Assembly (NCBI RefSeq): GCF_902713615.1
Contig: NC_052152.1
Coordinates: forward strand, 68,668,818-68,732,817
Length of the DNA: 64,000 nucleotides
Source: Scyliorhinus canicula
Lineage: Eukaryota
Direction: 5' to 3'
The stretch's first letter is position 1. Each line of letters opens with the position of its first letter. Below, in pieces: positions 12,661-24,199 of the stretch. Made by a program: the position numbers and the translations under genes. The notes under the pieces are model-generated. The model had not been told where the DNA came from, did not search any database, and worked only from the letters and a program-made list of their open reading frames with translations.

Positions 12661-13376
12661 GGGCGCGATTCTCCGCTCCCCACGCCGGGTGGGAGAATCG
12701 CAGGAGGGCCGGGCAACTCACGACATGCCACCCTGGCACCCCCCGCTCGCCGAATCGCCGCTCGCCGTTTTTCATGGAGACCGCCGATTCTCCGGCCCGG
12801 ATGGGCCGAGCGGCCTGCCATTCCCGACCGGTTCACGACGGCGGCAACCACACCTGGTCGCTGCTGTCGTGAACATGGGTGCCAGATGCTCGTCTGTGGC
12901 TTGTGGGGGGCGGAGAGGGGAGTGAGCACCACGGCCGTGCTCGGGAGGGGACTGGCCTGTGATCGGTGCCCACCGATCGTCGGGCCGGCGTCTCAAAGGG
13001 ACGCACTCTTTCCCCTCTGCCGCCCCGCAAGATCAAGCCGCCACATCCTGCAGGGCAGCTGAGGGGAAGACGGCAACCGCGCATGTGCAGGTTCGAGCCA
13101 TCAGTTGTCGTGACGTCATCCGCGCATGCACGGGTTGGAGCCGGCCAACCTGCGCATGCGCGGCTGACGTCACTTAGGCGCCGCCGTCGCATCATTCTCG
13201 GCGCACTGCATTAACGCAAGCGTCAAGGCCCGTCGGCCGAGAATAATGGAGCGCCGCTCCTCGCCCCCCAGATGGGGGTGAATAAGGTGCGAGGAGCGGC
13301 CTCCAAGGCCGTCGTGAAACTCGGCCGAGTTCACGACGGCCTTCCCGATTCATCGCGGGAGCGGAGAATTCCGCCC
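12661..13376. mobile_element. Harbinger MITE with intact TIRs, non-autonomous partner of the 36436-42239 element
   Basis: TIRs GGGCGCGATTCTCCG and CGGAGAATTCCGCCC. Both subterminal regions match the ends of the autonomous-type element in inverted orientation. Nested in an older element (~12583-13680). Confidence 0.85.
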
Positions 13377-14759
13377 GTGATTTTAGTCCAGATTTTGAGT
13401 CGCTGAAAACAAAAATTAGGGAGCGTGGTTTACACCGCAATTGTGGTGGGGCGGGGTCTGGTTGAGGCAGCAAGGCCAGCTCCACAGATGTCTGGGGACC
13501 TATAAAAATGGCGCCTCGATCCATATAGAAAATAACCCCCTCCCCCTCCCGCCTCCCCCCCCCCCCCCCCAGCTCGAGCTCCGATAGTCACAGGGACCCT
13601 CCCTCCACAAACATTGAGGTTGTCCCCCCCCCCCCCCAACCACAAGCATCAGCATCAGGCCCCCCCCGACCCCAAGCACTAGCTTAATTGCACTGAGAAA
13701 ACCAACGCAATCGAACAGAAACTCCAAGCTACTGTTCTTAAACGGTAAGCTTCTTGCGCACCAACCTATCAAGAAAAATCTCAAAATAATCAGCCAGCCA
13801 AAACTGAGCAGGTTTTGAATTCTAAATGGCTTCAGAAACAAGGAACAAGATTAAACCAAAGTAACTATTTACAAAGACATGGGTGCAGAGATGCACCTTG
13901 GGCAGCAACACAATAAAGACAGTATTGCACCGGCCACCTGTTATATTCTCCTCTACATAAATGATTTTGAAAGTGCTGATTTACAGGGAGTGTATGAGAG
14001 GCGGCCAATATAATACCACCTGTTTTGTGCTGCAAGCCAAATTTCTACCCCATTGTTATGAGGAGGAATGCTATTGGACAGATCATTGTTTAAGAACTAT
14101 TTCTCAAATTAGAAGAGATAAGTATGTACCAATTGCCAACATTTATTTGACCTTTTTAAGTTGTGTCAAATTTCTGTAATAATTATTCTTAACTAAAAGG
14201 ACACTTCAGAGTTCCAAACCACTTAACATTAATTTAACCTCCAGTATCTTTGCAGGGCAACCAGGATGTAGGCTCAGTTTGCCACTGAAATAATCCTAGG
14301 GAAATTATTAAAATACATGGCTGTCTAACCAGAAAATATTAGTCAAATAATATTAGTCAAAATAAACTCTTCCATAAATTCAATGATTTTATTCCCATTA
14401 ATTTTCCATCTCCCATTTATCCTGCTTCTCCAAAGACACAGCAAATGGTTTTCACTTAATGACAGATACTGCCTTCCGCAAGCGGGAGGCACAGAGAATA
14501 CTGGATCATTGCTTTCCGCATGTCAAGATTGCTTTTTTGATTGACCAACAAAGCGGTGGACTTGCTGCAAGGGAAAAAATACATCAAAAGATTTTCCTCC
14601 GTCAAGTGGAGTAATCTGCCATCATTCCCAACAGGAAGCAAAGAAAAAAGGAAACAAAGTATTATTTCCAGTTGGCACTTGAACAAGTCTAGCCAGTTAA
14701 AATTTCCACAAAAGGAAATAAAACTTTTCAGTTATTGATTTTTGCAGGAAAGGCCTTAC

Positions 14760-14911
14760 TGTATAGAAATATGCTTGCATTGGTGATCCCAAGCTTGTTG
14801 CCTGCCACGCACGTGTAGTTGCCATAGTGATCCTCCGTAGCATTGGTGACAATGAGACTGGACCGACTGTCCAAGTTCTGGATTTGGATGCCTTGTGAGC
14901 TGTTATATATC
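14760..14911 (-). CDS. lsamp: IgLON-family (LSAMP-like) gene, exon encoding the second half of Ig domain 3
   Basis: 152-bp exon, acceptor ttttcacccttgtcAG, donor GTAAGG, phase 2/1. Encodes (R)IYNSSQGIQIQNLDSRSSLIVTNATEDHYGNYTCVAGNKLGITNASIFLY, which contains the IgLON hallmark YGNYTCVAxNKLGxTNAS. Confidence 0.9.
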
Positions 14912-15984
14912 CTGACAAGGGTGAAAAGAGAAAACAGTCACAAGTTACTCATCCAAAACTATTCTGAAAGTATTTTAGCTCATTGTGGCATTGCATGCAT
15001 TTTATACCCTGGAGTCCCATTTCTAGTTGTCTCCAATATTCAGAATGTTGTCATGTTTTCCTATCTAAATTATGTGTGGAAAAAGTATATTTGCCTGTGA
15101 TGGTATACTCTATAAAAGTGGCTAAGTGTGGAATGCACAATTTGTAGCAATCCTTTTTCAAAAACAGGTTGGTTTTACATATTTCCTTTTAAACAGCTCA
15201 GACCGTTTTGTAGAACTAATTACTTTACAAAATACAGTGACTCTTGCTACATGGACAAATGTTCTCATGTTGTAATTGTTCATCATGTTAAGGCAGAAGG
15301 AAGAGTCAAACAGCTAATTTAAATTTAAAGACTGGCAAAGTCTAAAAGCATATGGAAGGACCAAATGCAATTGTAACCAATGATGTTCAAATACGCAGCA
15401 AGGTTTCATAGATGACAATTCACCTGTCAGGATGATACATAGGGAAATAATGGAAAAATAAAGAAACACATCAGTCGATTGAGTCAGAGAGATTAATGCC
15501 TCAAGGTTCAGTAACTAAGTACTTATCAATAAAATGAAAGACTGGCATGTCCTTGGTGTAGAGTGTGCCTATGATATTATAAGCATCAGGGAAACCTGGT
15601 TGAACAATAGCATAGGTTGGGTAAACATAATGATAAACATATTGCTTTATGGAGATAGTAAATACAAACTGGGGGGCTGATTACTTGTTATGTGAAAGAG
15701 ATTTTGATTATAATGGTTGCAGATCTATTTTGTACATTATGTGGACATAGTATAAATCCTGTGAATGGAGATAAAATATACAGCAAAATTAATTCAAGGC
15801 ATTGACTAGTTTAAAGGTCAGGAGAGACTGGAGCATGAATTTTAGTCAAATTAGGAAATCACATACAGCACCTAATGCAACTGCTGTCAATTATTTAATT
15901 GTGTCAGGAATAGACTGGGAAATTCCTAGCGGGTAGAAGAAGAGCGAAAACATGGTGCTGGGCAGAAGATAGAATCTTTCTGTT

Positions 15985-16140
15985 TAATTTAGAGTAACCA
16001 ATTCCTTTTTTCCAATGAAGGCACAATTTAGTGTGGCCAATCCACCTACCCTACAGACCCACGCAGACACAGGGAGAAGATGCAAACTCCACAAGGACAG
16101 TGACCCAGGGCCATGATCGAACCTGGGTCCTCGGCACTAG
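15985..16140 (-). mobile_element. Short V-domain SINE with A-rich tail
   Basis: AATTTAGAGTAACCAATTC...CAATTTAGTGTGGCCAATCCACCTACC...GCTAACCACTGTGCCACC. Confidence 0.75.
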
Positions 16141-16322
16141 TGCTAACCACTGTGCCACCCTACAATATAGAATGTTACATGGAAAAAATTGGTTAAGCAA
16201 GCATGAGTGTCAGGGAGCAAGTCAAAACAAGCAAAGGTGGAGTGAGTCAGAATATCTTGATAGCACAGAAAGTCCACCACCATTTTCCTCTTGTATTTTT
16301 GAAGTTATTTATGATGAAGATT

Positions 16323-16538
16323 GCATGGTGGCATAGTGGTTAGCATTACTGCCTCATGGCGCCGAGGTTCCAGGTTCGATCCCAGCTCTGGGTCACTATC
16401 CGTGTGGAGTTTGCACATTCACCCCGTATTTGCATGGATTTTGCCTCCACAATTCATAGATCTGCAAGGTAGGTAGGTTGGCCATGCTAAATTGCCTCTT
16501 AATTGGAAAAAATGAATTGGGTACTCTAAATTTAAAAA
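16323..16538 (+). mobile_element. Short V-domain SINE with A-rich tail
   Basis: A box GGTGGCATAGTGG, B box GGTTCGATCCC, V-domain, tail GGGTACTCTAAATTTAAAAA. Confidence 0.8.
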
Positions 16539-16911
16539 GAAAATTGATGAGGAAGATTGTTGACAAACAACACACATTTCTGTCTATCCTCAGGATAGGT
16601 TGTCGATTCAGGACAATTTTCTTAAGCAAACCTTCACTCCCTAATGTTTGCCATTGTTTCTTCAATTCTTGTTCTTGGCAAGTACTATAAAATAATTTCT
16701 AAGTAGGTTTGCACTGTCTGGCCTAATACTTAACTTTAGTGCATTGTATATGGAAGGTTAAGTATCTTCAATTCCATTCACCTTAATTTTAAAAAAAATC
16801 TTTATCAGTGTCACGAGTAGGCTTACATTAACACTGCAATGGAGTTTTAACTAGTCTTCTCCTGTGGAGCTTTTAATCAGGCTTATCTTCAAATTTTATT
16901 TCAACACTCAC

Positions 16912-17032
16912 CGCTTGTCTTCCTTATACCACTCGAAATCTGCTGGTGGGACAGCCGAAACCTCGCAGTGCAGCATCCCAGTACGACCCACTGCAACATC
17001 TGCACTCTGAGCGTACTTAATAGTAGGAGCAT
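16912..17032 (-). CDS. lsamp: IgLON-family (LSAMP-like) gene, exon encoding the first half of Ig domain 3
   Basis: 121-bp exon, acceptor tttgcAG, donor GTGAGT, phase 1/2. Encodes YAPTIKYAQSADVAVGRTGMLHCEVSAVPPADFEWYKEDK(R), with the Ig Cys and FEWY Trp. In frame with both neighbouring exons. Absent from the ORF track. Confidence 0.9.
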
Positions 17033-17754
17033 CTGCAAAGCAATATAAATTCACATATAGAGAGCAGCACTGAAAAAAGGATGATTGTCACATTGTGATG
17101 TAACATTTGCGATATTTTGCAAATGAATACAGCAATTTTAGCCAATTAACAGGTGCTAAAAGCTAAAGCATTCAAGAGTGACCAATGTATGTTTTAATCC
17201 AGAATATTAGCCAGTTTAAGTTAAATGCCTTATTACCTCTAGTAAATTGGCAGAAAGAAGAATACCATATGAATGTTTGAAGTCTTCATCCATTCACATC
17301 ACCAATGATAATTTCTCAGTTTAAGAGGGAGATCTTACATCTGCGTCATTGTTGAATGATCATGATCACCAGCAATATACGTTTGCAAATTGGGTATCCC
17401 TACGGCATGATTTTGTGAACATTTGAATGAAAAAGTCACATGCTGGACGTGGTACAATTACCTCTTGCCAGCTGATGTTCTTGTGGTGAGTGTTGAATTG
17501 GATAGCCTGCCCTGCATCTTCAATGGATATTACAGACACTTGAAAATGCATTGTTTTACAATCTTACAGAATAAATTTCATTGCAATCCCTGGATCTGCC
17601 CTCACTTATATTTGAGTGCCTTGTGTCATGACCACTATCTCGAGACCGCATAGTGGATCTGTACCACCACCTGCTGGCTGGAGGTCGCACCACCACTGTA
17701 TACAACACTGTCTACAGACATATCTCCACAAATCCCACACAGCTGCAGCCACGC

Positions 17755-18530
17755 CTCTGAGAAGACCAGCCCCACAATTCGCGATGTCAACCTAAGCAGA
17801 TTATGGGACTCGGAAGAGGCCAGACAGGATTACCTGTTTCTTAAAGGATCTCAGAGGGACAGCCACAGGGCAGCCATTGCAGCCTGGGGGGAAGTGGCAG
17901 TGGCCACCAGCTCGGGGAACGTGACCAGGAGGACCGGAACCCAGTGCTGTAAGAAGATCAACGACCTTCATCGGGCTGCACGGGTGGTTTGGCACCAGAC
18001 GTTGCCCCCCCACCATGGGATTGTGCCTGGCACTATCCCCACCCCACTCAGCACAGTTCTGTGCCCCAGTCCACCCATGTCCAGCAGCGTTGTCCACGCC
18101 ACCCCTCCCCATTCCCATCCCCCCCATACAGCCTATCTCCCCACCACCACCGAAACACCTCCACACCGAGCCCCTCCCCCACGAAATGAAATGAAATTAA
18201 ATTAAATTAAAATCGCTTATTGTCACAAGTAGGCTTCAAATGAAGTTACTGTGAAAAGCCCCTAGTCACCACATTCCGGCGCCTGTTCGGGAAGGCTTGT
18301 ACGGGAATTGAACCGTGCTGCTGGCCTGCCTTGGTCTGCTTTCAAAGCTAGCGATTTAGCCGAGTGCTAAACCAGCCCCACGATGAATGACAAGGGTTGC
18401 TAACGATGCCCCCTCTGTGCTTCTACAGGAGAAGTTGTCCCACAACAGATGGGAGAGGGCCCAGATGGGCGGTGGGGTGCCGGATATCAGAGTCCTCACT
18501 CTTATGAGGAACAGACATTGGAGCCATGGG
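17755..18530 (+). pseudogene. Degraded Harbinger Myb/SANT-like (trihelix) gene fragment, two exons
   Basis: AWGEVAVATSSGNVTRRTGTQCCKKINDLHRAAR|GT intron (17984-18428) AG|EKLSHNRWERAQMGGG. Homologous to the Myb gene at 36689, with the intron in the same position. Confidence 0.75.
18184..18379 (-). mobile_element. Short tRNA-like SINE, second family, inside the Myb-fragment intron
   Basis: GGGGCTGGTTTAGCAC head and (CATTT)n tail on the minus strand. Possible CCCACGA target duplication. Confidence 0.8.
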
Positions 18531-18589
18531 GGTGGCGGAGCACAGATCTGTCACCATCCAGGTGAACTCTCACACGTGAGTTAATTACA

Positions 18590-19065
18590 TGCTGAATGAC
18601 CCATGTTTGGAACAAGGCTACAATAAAGTCAAGGGCTGAGTGACCCTGACGAGACACAAACTGATTGTCAGTGAGCAGATTATTACTGAGGAAGTGCCAC
18701 CTGATAGAGCTGTCAACAACACCTTTGACCATTTTGCTGATGATTGAGAGTATTCTGATGGAGGGATAATTTACTGGATTGGACTTTTCTTGATTTTATG
18801 TGTACAGGACATGCATGGCCAATTTTCATCATTGTTGGGTTGATATCAGTGCTGTGGTTGCATTGGAACAACTTGGCTATGGTCACAGCTGGTTCTGGAG
18901 CACAAGTCTTCAATATAATTGCTGGGATGTTGTCTGTGCTCATTTGCTTTTATATTATCTAGTGCATTCAGCTGTTTCTTGATATCAAATGGAGTGGCTT
19001 GAAGTAGCTGAAGACTGGAATCAGTGATACTGGGGACCTCAGGAGGCAGCCAAGATAGCTCACCC
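18590..19065 (-). mobile_element. LINE RT fragment, second CR1/L2-group family
   Basis: DNIPAIILKTCAPEPAVTIAKLFQ...KIGHACPVH, an RT-proximal region. Appears to be the same family as 49088-50500. Confidence 0.7.
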
Positions 19066-20156
19066 ACTCGTCCACCTTCACATCCATCAGCTGATCTACC
19101 ATGGAAGGATGTTTGGTCATTGAGTTTAGTAAATGGAGGACTTTGCTTGTCAAGTCACAGGGTGCTGTAGAATAGGTTTACAGGAGTTTTAATATTGTCA
19201 TGGCATCACGTTCTTAATCCCCCACTATAAAAACCATGCCACTATGATACATTACTGCTTATCTGCCAGGAGCAGGACTGGTTATTGTACAGTTAATCTC
19301 CATATCTGGTTGTTGTTGCAGCTATATGCCACCTTGATGAGCTTGGTCGCTGCAGCTCTCCCCAACAACAAGCAGCCACAGCAATTGGAGTTTCAATTTG
19401 GTTCAAAGCATTTCTATTTTTTCATTTATAATAATGTAATATAAACTTACACATATGGATTAGCTGAGTATATAGATAAATATCAGACTGAATTTCCACT
19501 GGCCTGTCCCACAGGGGATTGTTCCACATGTCAGTGATCAATTCTCTGCATGAAGGCCCAGCTGGATTGACAGCAGAGCCTCTAATGGGGCAGAAAGACT
19601 CATTGTAACTGCTAAGTCCATGCTGTGGCAGGTTGGGGGCAGGGCACTGTTAGGGTGACTCGTAATGGGTATGGAGGAATGTGAACCGGAGTGCGGGTGG
19701 GGAAGGATCAGTTTCGGGGTCATGGGGGATGAGGTAATAAAGGATGCTGCGGAGGCTCAGGCCCTAGTACTGTTGTCGGGGAGATAGGAATGTGTTGGCA
19801 TGGTGGTGGGGAGGGATGGTTGCCTGGTTGGGGGATGTTGGGAATGGAAACCTCCAAGGAGGAGGCTATTGGGTGGGAATCCGTTACTCAGTAATTGCGA
19901 AGGTACTTAGCTTCTCAATCCACAATATCCTCTAAATCCTTGGCTGGTGGAATTTATCAACTTCTCCAATGCTCTAGAAACCCAGCAAACAGCACTTAAA
20001 TTCCAAAAGCTGCAATAAAATGAGGCTAGCAGCCTGATTATCATATTTAAAGTTCCAATGTACATCCTTGCATCAGGTTGGTCATCCACTGATGTTCCTG
20101 CCTCAGTAAAAAACGGAAATGGATGGTTTGGAGGTGGGTTCAGGTTGAGAAATCTT

Positions 20157-20828
20157 GGGCGGGATTCTCCAAGCCCGCGCCGGGTCGGAGAATCGGCAGG
20201 GATGCGGGAAATTCCCACTGCACTGCACCAAAGCCGGGCTGTGATTCTCCAGAGACCGGAGAATTGGCGCCAATCGCGCCCACGTGGTCGCCGTGGCGCT
20301 GGTTGGGGACCGCTGAAAGAGGCCCCCGTGGCGATTCTCCGTGAGTGACTGGCCGAACTCCCGCCAAGTTCCGCCAGCATGGCTCCAACCTGGTACCACC
20401 CGGCGGGAGGTCGGATGCGCGGCCGCAGTGGACGTCCTAGTGGGGGCCCTCCACGGGGTCCAAGCCCATGATCGGGGGCTTCCGATGGACGGGTGATCGC
20501 GATCTGGAGTGGGCCAGCCTCCTTCCGCATGGGCCTGCTGTTAGGTCTCCAACATGTTGCTCCGCGCCGGCGTGGAGACGGCAACCATACACATGTGCGG
20601 GCGTCAAGAACACGCATGCGTCAGCGCAGAGACGGCCATCGCATGCATGCACGGAACCCTCACCGGCCGTGCAGGGCCGTCTTCTGGCCCCAGAGCAGCG
20701 CGCAGCACTCCGGTGCCATGCTAGCCCCCTGAAGACCAGTGAATTGCTGAGCCAGGAGGCCCGTTGACGCCACTCCGGTGTTGACGCCGGTGTCAACACT
20801 TGGCTGGGATTTTGGAGAATCTCAGCCC
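20157..20828. mobile_element. Harbinger MITE nested in an older TIR element (~19487-20894)
   Basis: TIRs GGGCGGGATTCTCC and GGAGAATCTCAGCCC. The outer element has GACTGAATTT and AAATTTCGGTC ends. Confidence 0.75.
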
Positions 20829-21424
20829 TTATTCCTAACACGTTAAACCCCACGTGACTCCAACCGCATCTGTTGCTTTCAGTTAAATTTCGGTCCTCTG
20901 TGGCAGACCTGTTCAATAGAAATATTGATTGCTGTTCTTATTTATAAAATTGGGACTGAGCAATATTTTTAACGAAGGTAGGAAATAATATACTCAAGGA
21001 ATTGATATACTTAAGGAAATGATTACTTAATGATTATGATCTGCATCATTCAACAATATCCAATACAACGAACAATTATGTATTACGTTAATAACACATG
21101 TGTGAAAACTAATGCATGACAAGGCAATTTGACTTAATTCATAAGACTAGATTCTATAATTTCAATTTACAAAATAATTTGATTGCCTTTTAATTCATTT
21201 TTTTTGTCAATTGGTGCAATTATCAAAGTATTAAATGGGAATTATTTAAAGCTTCTGTACAAAGATGCCTTGTTAATTCTGATTAAATAAATTCTATATT
21301 TAAAATGTGAATCATATAGAAGTCAACAATGTGTTGAATCATTTGACACCTAATTAACTATAGCACTCATTTTTTCTTTTGGATGACAAGAAGAATGAAA
21401 GGAAGAAAGGTCGTGAAGACTTAC

Positions 21425-21559
21425 AGTTAACGGTAATATGGACCATTTGCTCATCGGCAGAGGAAACCTCATTGGCAGCTTTGCACTGGTAAATGCCTGC
21501 TTGGTATCTGCTGATCATGAAGATTTCCAGGTATTCCTCTTCATCATCAATTTCCCTGG
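21425..21559 (-). CDS. lsamp: IgLON-family (LSAMP-like) cell adhesion gene, internal exon encoding the second half of Ig domain 2
   Basis: 135-bp exon, acceptor ttctatctcAG, donor GTAAGT, phase 1/1. Encodes (A)[44 protein letters not shown](Y); EEEYLEI and [11 protein letters not shown] match LSAMP as I recall it. Family is certain, orthology less so. Confidence 0.9.
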
Positions 21560-21789
21560 CTGAGATAGAAGTTAAAGAATGTACTATTAACAACAATAAT
21601 ACTGCATACTCACTCTTTATCTTTCATGAAACTGAATAAAATTGCAGGGGCAATGGATCACAATTTATATTTGACGAGTTATTTATATGTCAGAATCAAA
21701 TCTGATTCCAGAGATGTTCCACACGATTTAACGCAATATAAATAAACCGTTAGAATTCAGCCATTAGTATCAACATTGGTCGAATACTA

Positions 21790-22255
21790 TAATAATAATA
21801 ATCTTTTTTGTCACAAGTACTTTCAAAGTGCTTTGAAGTTACTGTGAAAAGCCACTGGTCGCCACATTCCAGTGCCTGTTCGGGTACACAGAGGGAGAAT
21901 TCAGAATGTCCAAATTACCTAACAACACGTCTTTCGGGACTTGTGGGAGGAAACTGGAGCACCCAGAGGAAACCCACTCAGACACAGGGAGAACGTGCAG
22001 ACTCAAACCAGGAATCGAACCCCGGACCCTGGCGCTGTGAAGCAACAGTGCTAATTATTGTGCTACCATTTAATTAAAAAAAACAATTTAATGTAAATTT
22101 AGAATTCCCAATTCTTTTTTCCAATTAAGGGGCAATTTAGTGTGGCCAATTCACCTACCCAGCATATCTTTTTGGGTTATGGGGGTGACACCCACGCAGA
22201 CACAGGAAGAACGTGCAAACTCTACATGGACAGTGACCTGGGCTGGGATCGAGAA
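21790..22255 (-). mobile_element. Two adjacent SINEs: a V-domain SINE carrying the second-family tail (21790-22070) and a short A-tailed V-SINE (22095-22255)
   Basis: V-domain GGGAGGAAACTGGAGCACCC joined to the TCACAAGTA...GTTACTGTGAAAAGCC tail. The second copy has AATTTAGAATTCCCAATTC. Confidence 0.7.
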
Positions 22256-23160
22256 TACGATACAATTTTAGCGCACATTAAAAATGTCAAATATTAGACA
22301 GGACAAAATTGAAATACGATTAGAGACTAAACTACATTTACCACACTCCAGTTAGAATCATCACAAGGTTTGCATTCAATGATTACAGTGAAACACAACT
22401 ACAAGAGTAACTTGTGAGTACTCGTCACTTATACAGAAGGAACTGGGAGAAGATGGAAGGAGCCAAGAAGATAAGGAGTTGCAAGACAGTGGAAGAATTT
22501 GATGTAACATTTGAGGGATTTGGTGAAATTAAGGATCTTGAAGCCATCAATAACTGGAACAATGGATAAATTGATTTTGCAAGGTTGGGGACATGATATT
22601 AGTTCAGGAATGTTAATGGGATTGAGACCAATGTTGTAGAGCTGTTTGTGAGAATCATAGAGGATTATGTCAGTTTGCTGATGTTGAGTTGAAGAAAGGT
22701 ATAGATAATTGAGCTCTTAATGTCAAAACAAAACAAACAGATCCAGCAGAGGGCAGCAGAGTGGAGCTACTGATTGCCTGTTCCGGGGAGATTTGCATAC
22801 GTGCAGTGCGGTCAGCCTAATTTGAAGGTGGTTTGTGAAGGGGCTGTTGTCAAGTGACAATTAAACCCGAAACACTTCCTCAGTGTTTCCCTCCCTACCT
22901 ACTCCTCTAACCAAAAAAAAACAAGTGTGGTTGTCGGGAAGGTAAGTTTAACTCTTTAAAAACTTACCTTGAAGGGTGACATCACAGCAAAGCAGTGACC
23001 TGATTGGCTGGCAAGGAAAGTGCTCCAATTAGCAGTTGCTGGGAGAAATTTAACTCTTCGTGTGTTGGTGAGTATTGTGATTGGTAAGTAAAATCTTTAT
23101 TCATTTCACTTAATAATTATTTGATACTATATTTGTAATCAGTTAAGTTAAAGGGTAAAA

Positions 23161-24110
23161 ATGGCAGGAGATCCCAGACCCGTGTTATGCTCCTCGTGCG
23201 CAATGTGGGAGTTCAGGGACACGGCCGATGCCCCTGACTTCTTCATGTGCGGGAAGTGTGTCCAGCTGCAGCTCCTGTTAGACCGCATGACGGCTCTGGA
23301 GCTGCGGATGGACTAACTTTGGAGCATCCGCGATGCTGAGGAGGTTGTAGATAGCATGTTCAGTGAGTTGGTCACACCGCAGATTAGGACTGGCGACGGA
23401 GACAGGGAATGGGTGACCAAAAGGCAGAGAAAGAGCAGGAAGGCAGTGCAGGTGTCCCCTGCAGTCATCTCCCTCCAAAACAGGTATACCGTTTTGGATA
23501 CTGTTGGGGGAGATGACTCACCAGGGGAAGGCAGTAGTAGCCAGGCTCATGGCACCGTGGCTAGCTCTGCTGCATAGAAGGGCGGGAAAAAGACTGGCAG
23601 GGCTATAGTCATAGGGGATTCAATTGTAAGGGGAGTAGACCGGCATTTCTGTGGTCGAAAACGAGACTCCCGAATGGTATGTTGCCTCCCGGGTGCTCGG
23701 GTCAGGGATGTCTCCGATCGGCTGCAGGACATACTGAAGGGGGAGGGTGAACAGCCAGTTGTCGTGGTGCATATAGGCACCAACGATATAGGTAAAAAAA
23801 GGGATGAGGTCCTACAATCAGAATTTAGGGAGTTAGGAGATAAGTTAAAAAGTAGGACCTCAAAGGTAGTAATCTCCGGATTGCTACCAGTGCCACGGGA
23901 CAGTCAGAGTAGAAATTCAAGAATAGTCAGAATGAATACGTGGCTTGAGAGATGGTGCAGGAGGGAGGGGGTTCAGATTTTTGGGACATTGGAACCGGTT
24001 CTGGGGGCAGTGGGACCATTACAAACCGGATGGTCTACACCTGGGCAGGACTGGAACCAATGTCCTAGGGGGTGCTTTTGCTAACACTGTTGGGGAGGTT
24101 TTAAACTAAT
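23161..24110 (+). pseudogene. CR1 ORF1: CxxC..CxxC zinc finger, coiled coil and SGNH-esterase domain (disrupted)
   Basis: MAGDPRPVLCSSCAMW...CGKCVQLQLL, then VIGDSIVRG, HIGTNDI and DGLHL motifs. Stops at ~23314 and ~23575, frameshift ~23970. Confidence 0.85.
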
Positions 24111-24199
24111 GTGGCAGGGGGATGGGGACCTGATTAGGAAGTTAGAGGTCAGTAAAGAAGCAGCAACTAAAGCCACTAAGGGGAAGAGTAGACAGGGAA

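Noticed and set aside
12612-13524. Clusters of overlapping GC-rich ORFs (also at 20058-20916 and 50397-52343)
   Set aside because: They fall inside non-coding MITEs; the high GC content suppresses stop codons and no domains are recognisable.
14456-14564. Strong-looking minus-strand acceptor (ttttttcccttgcAG) just downstream of the last Ig exon
   Set aside because: Splicing here gives TSPPLCWSIKKAILTCGKQ-stop, with no hydrophobic GPI signal and no similarity to IgLON C-termini. It could only be a minor secreted isoform and has no support.
16323-16400. tRNA-like A/B boxes here and in many other places
   Set aside because: These are SINE heads continuing into V-domains; none forms a complete cloverleaf.
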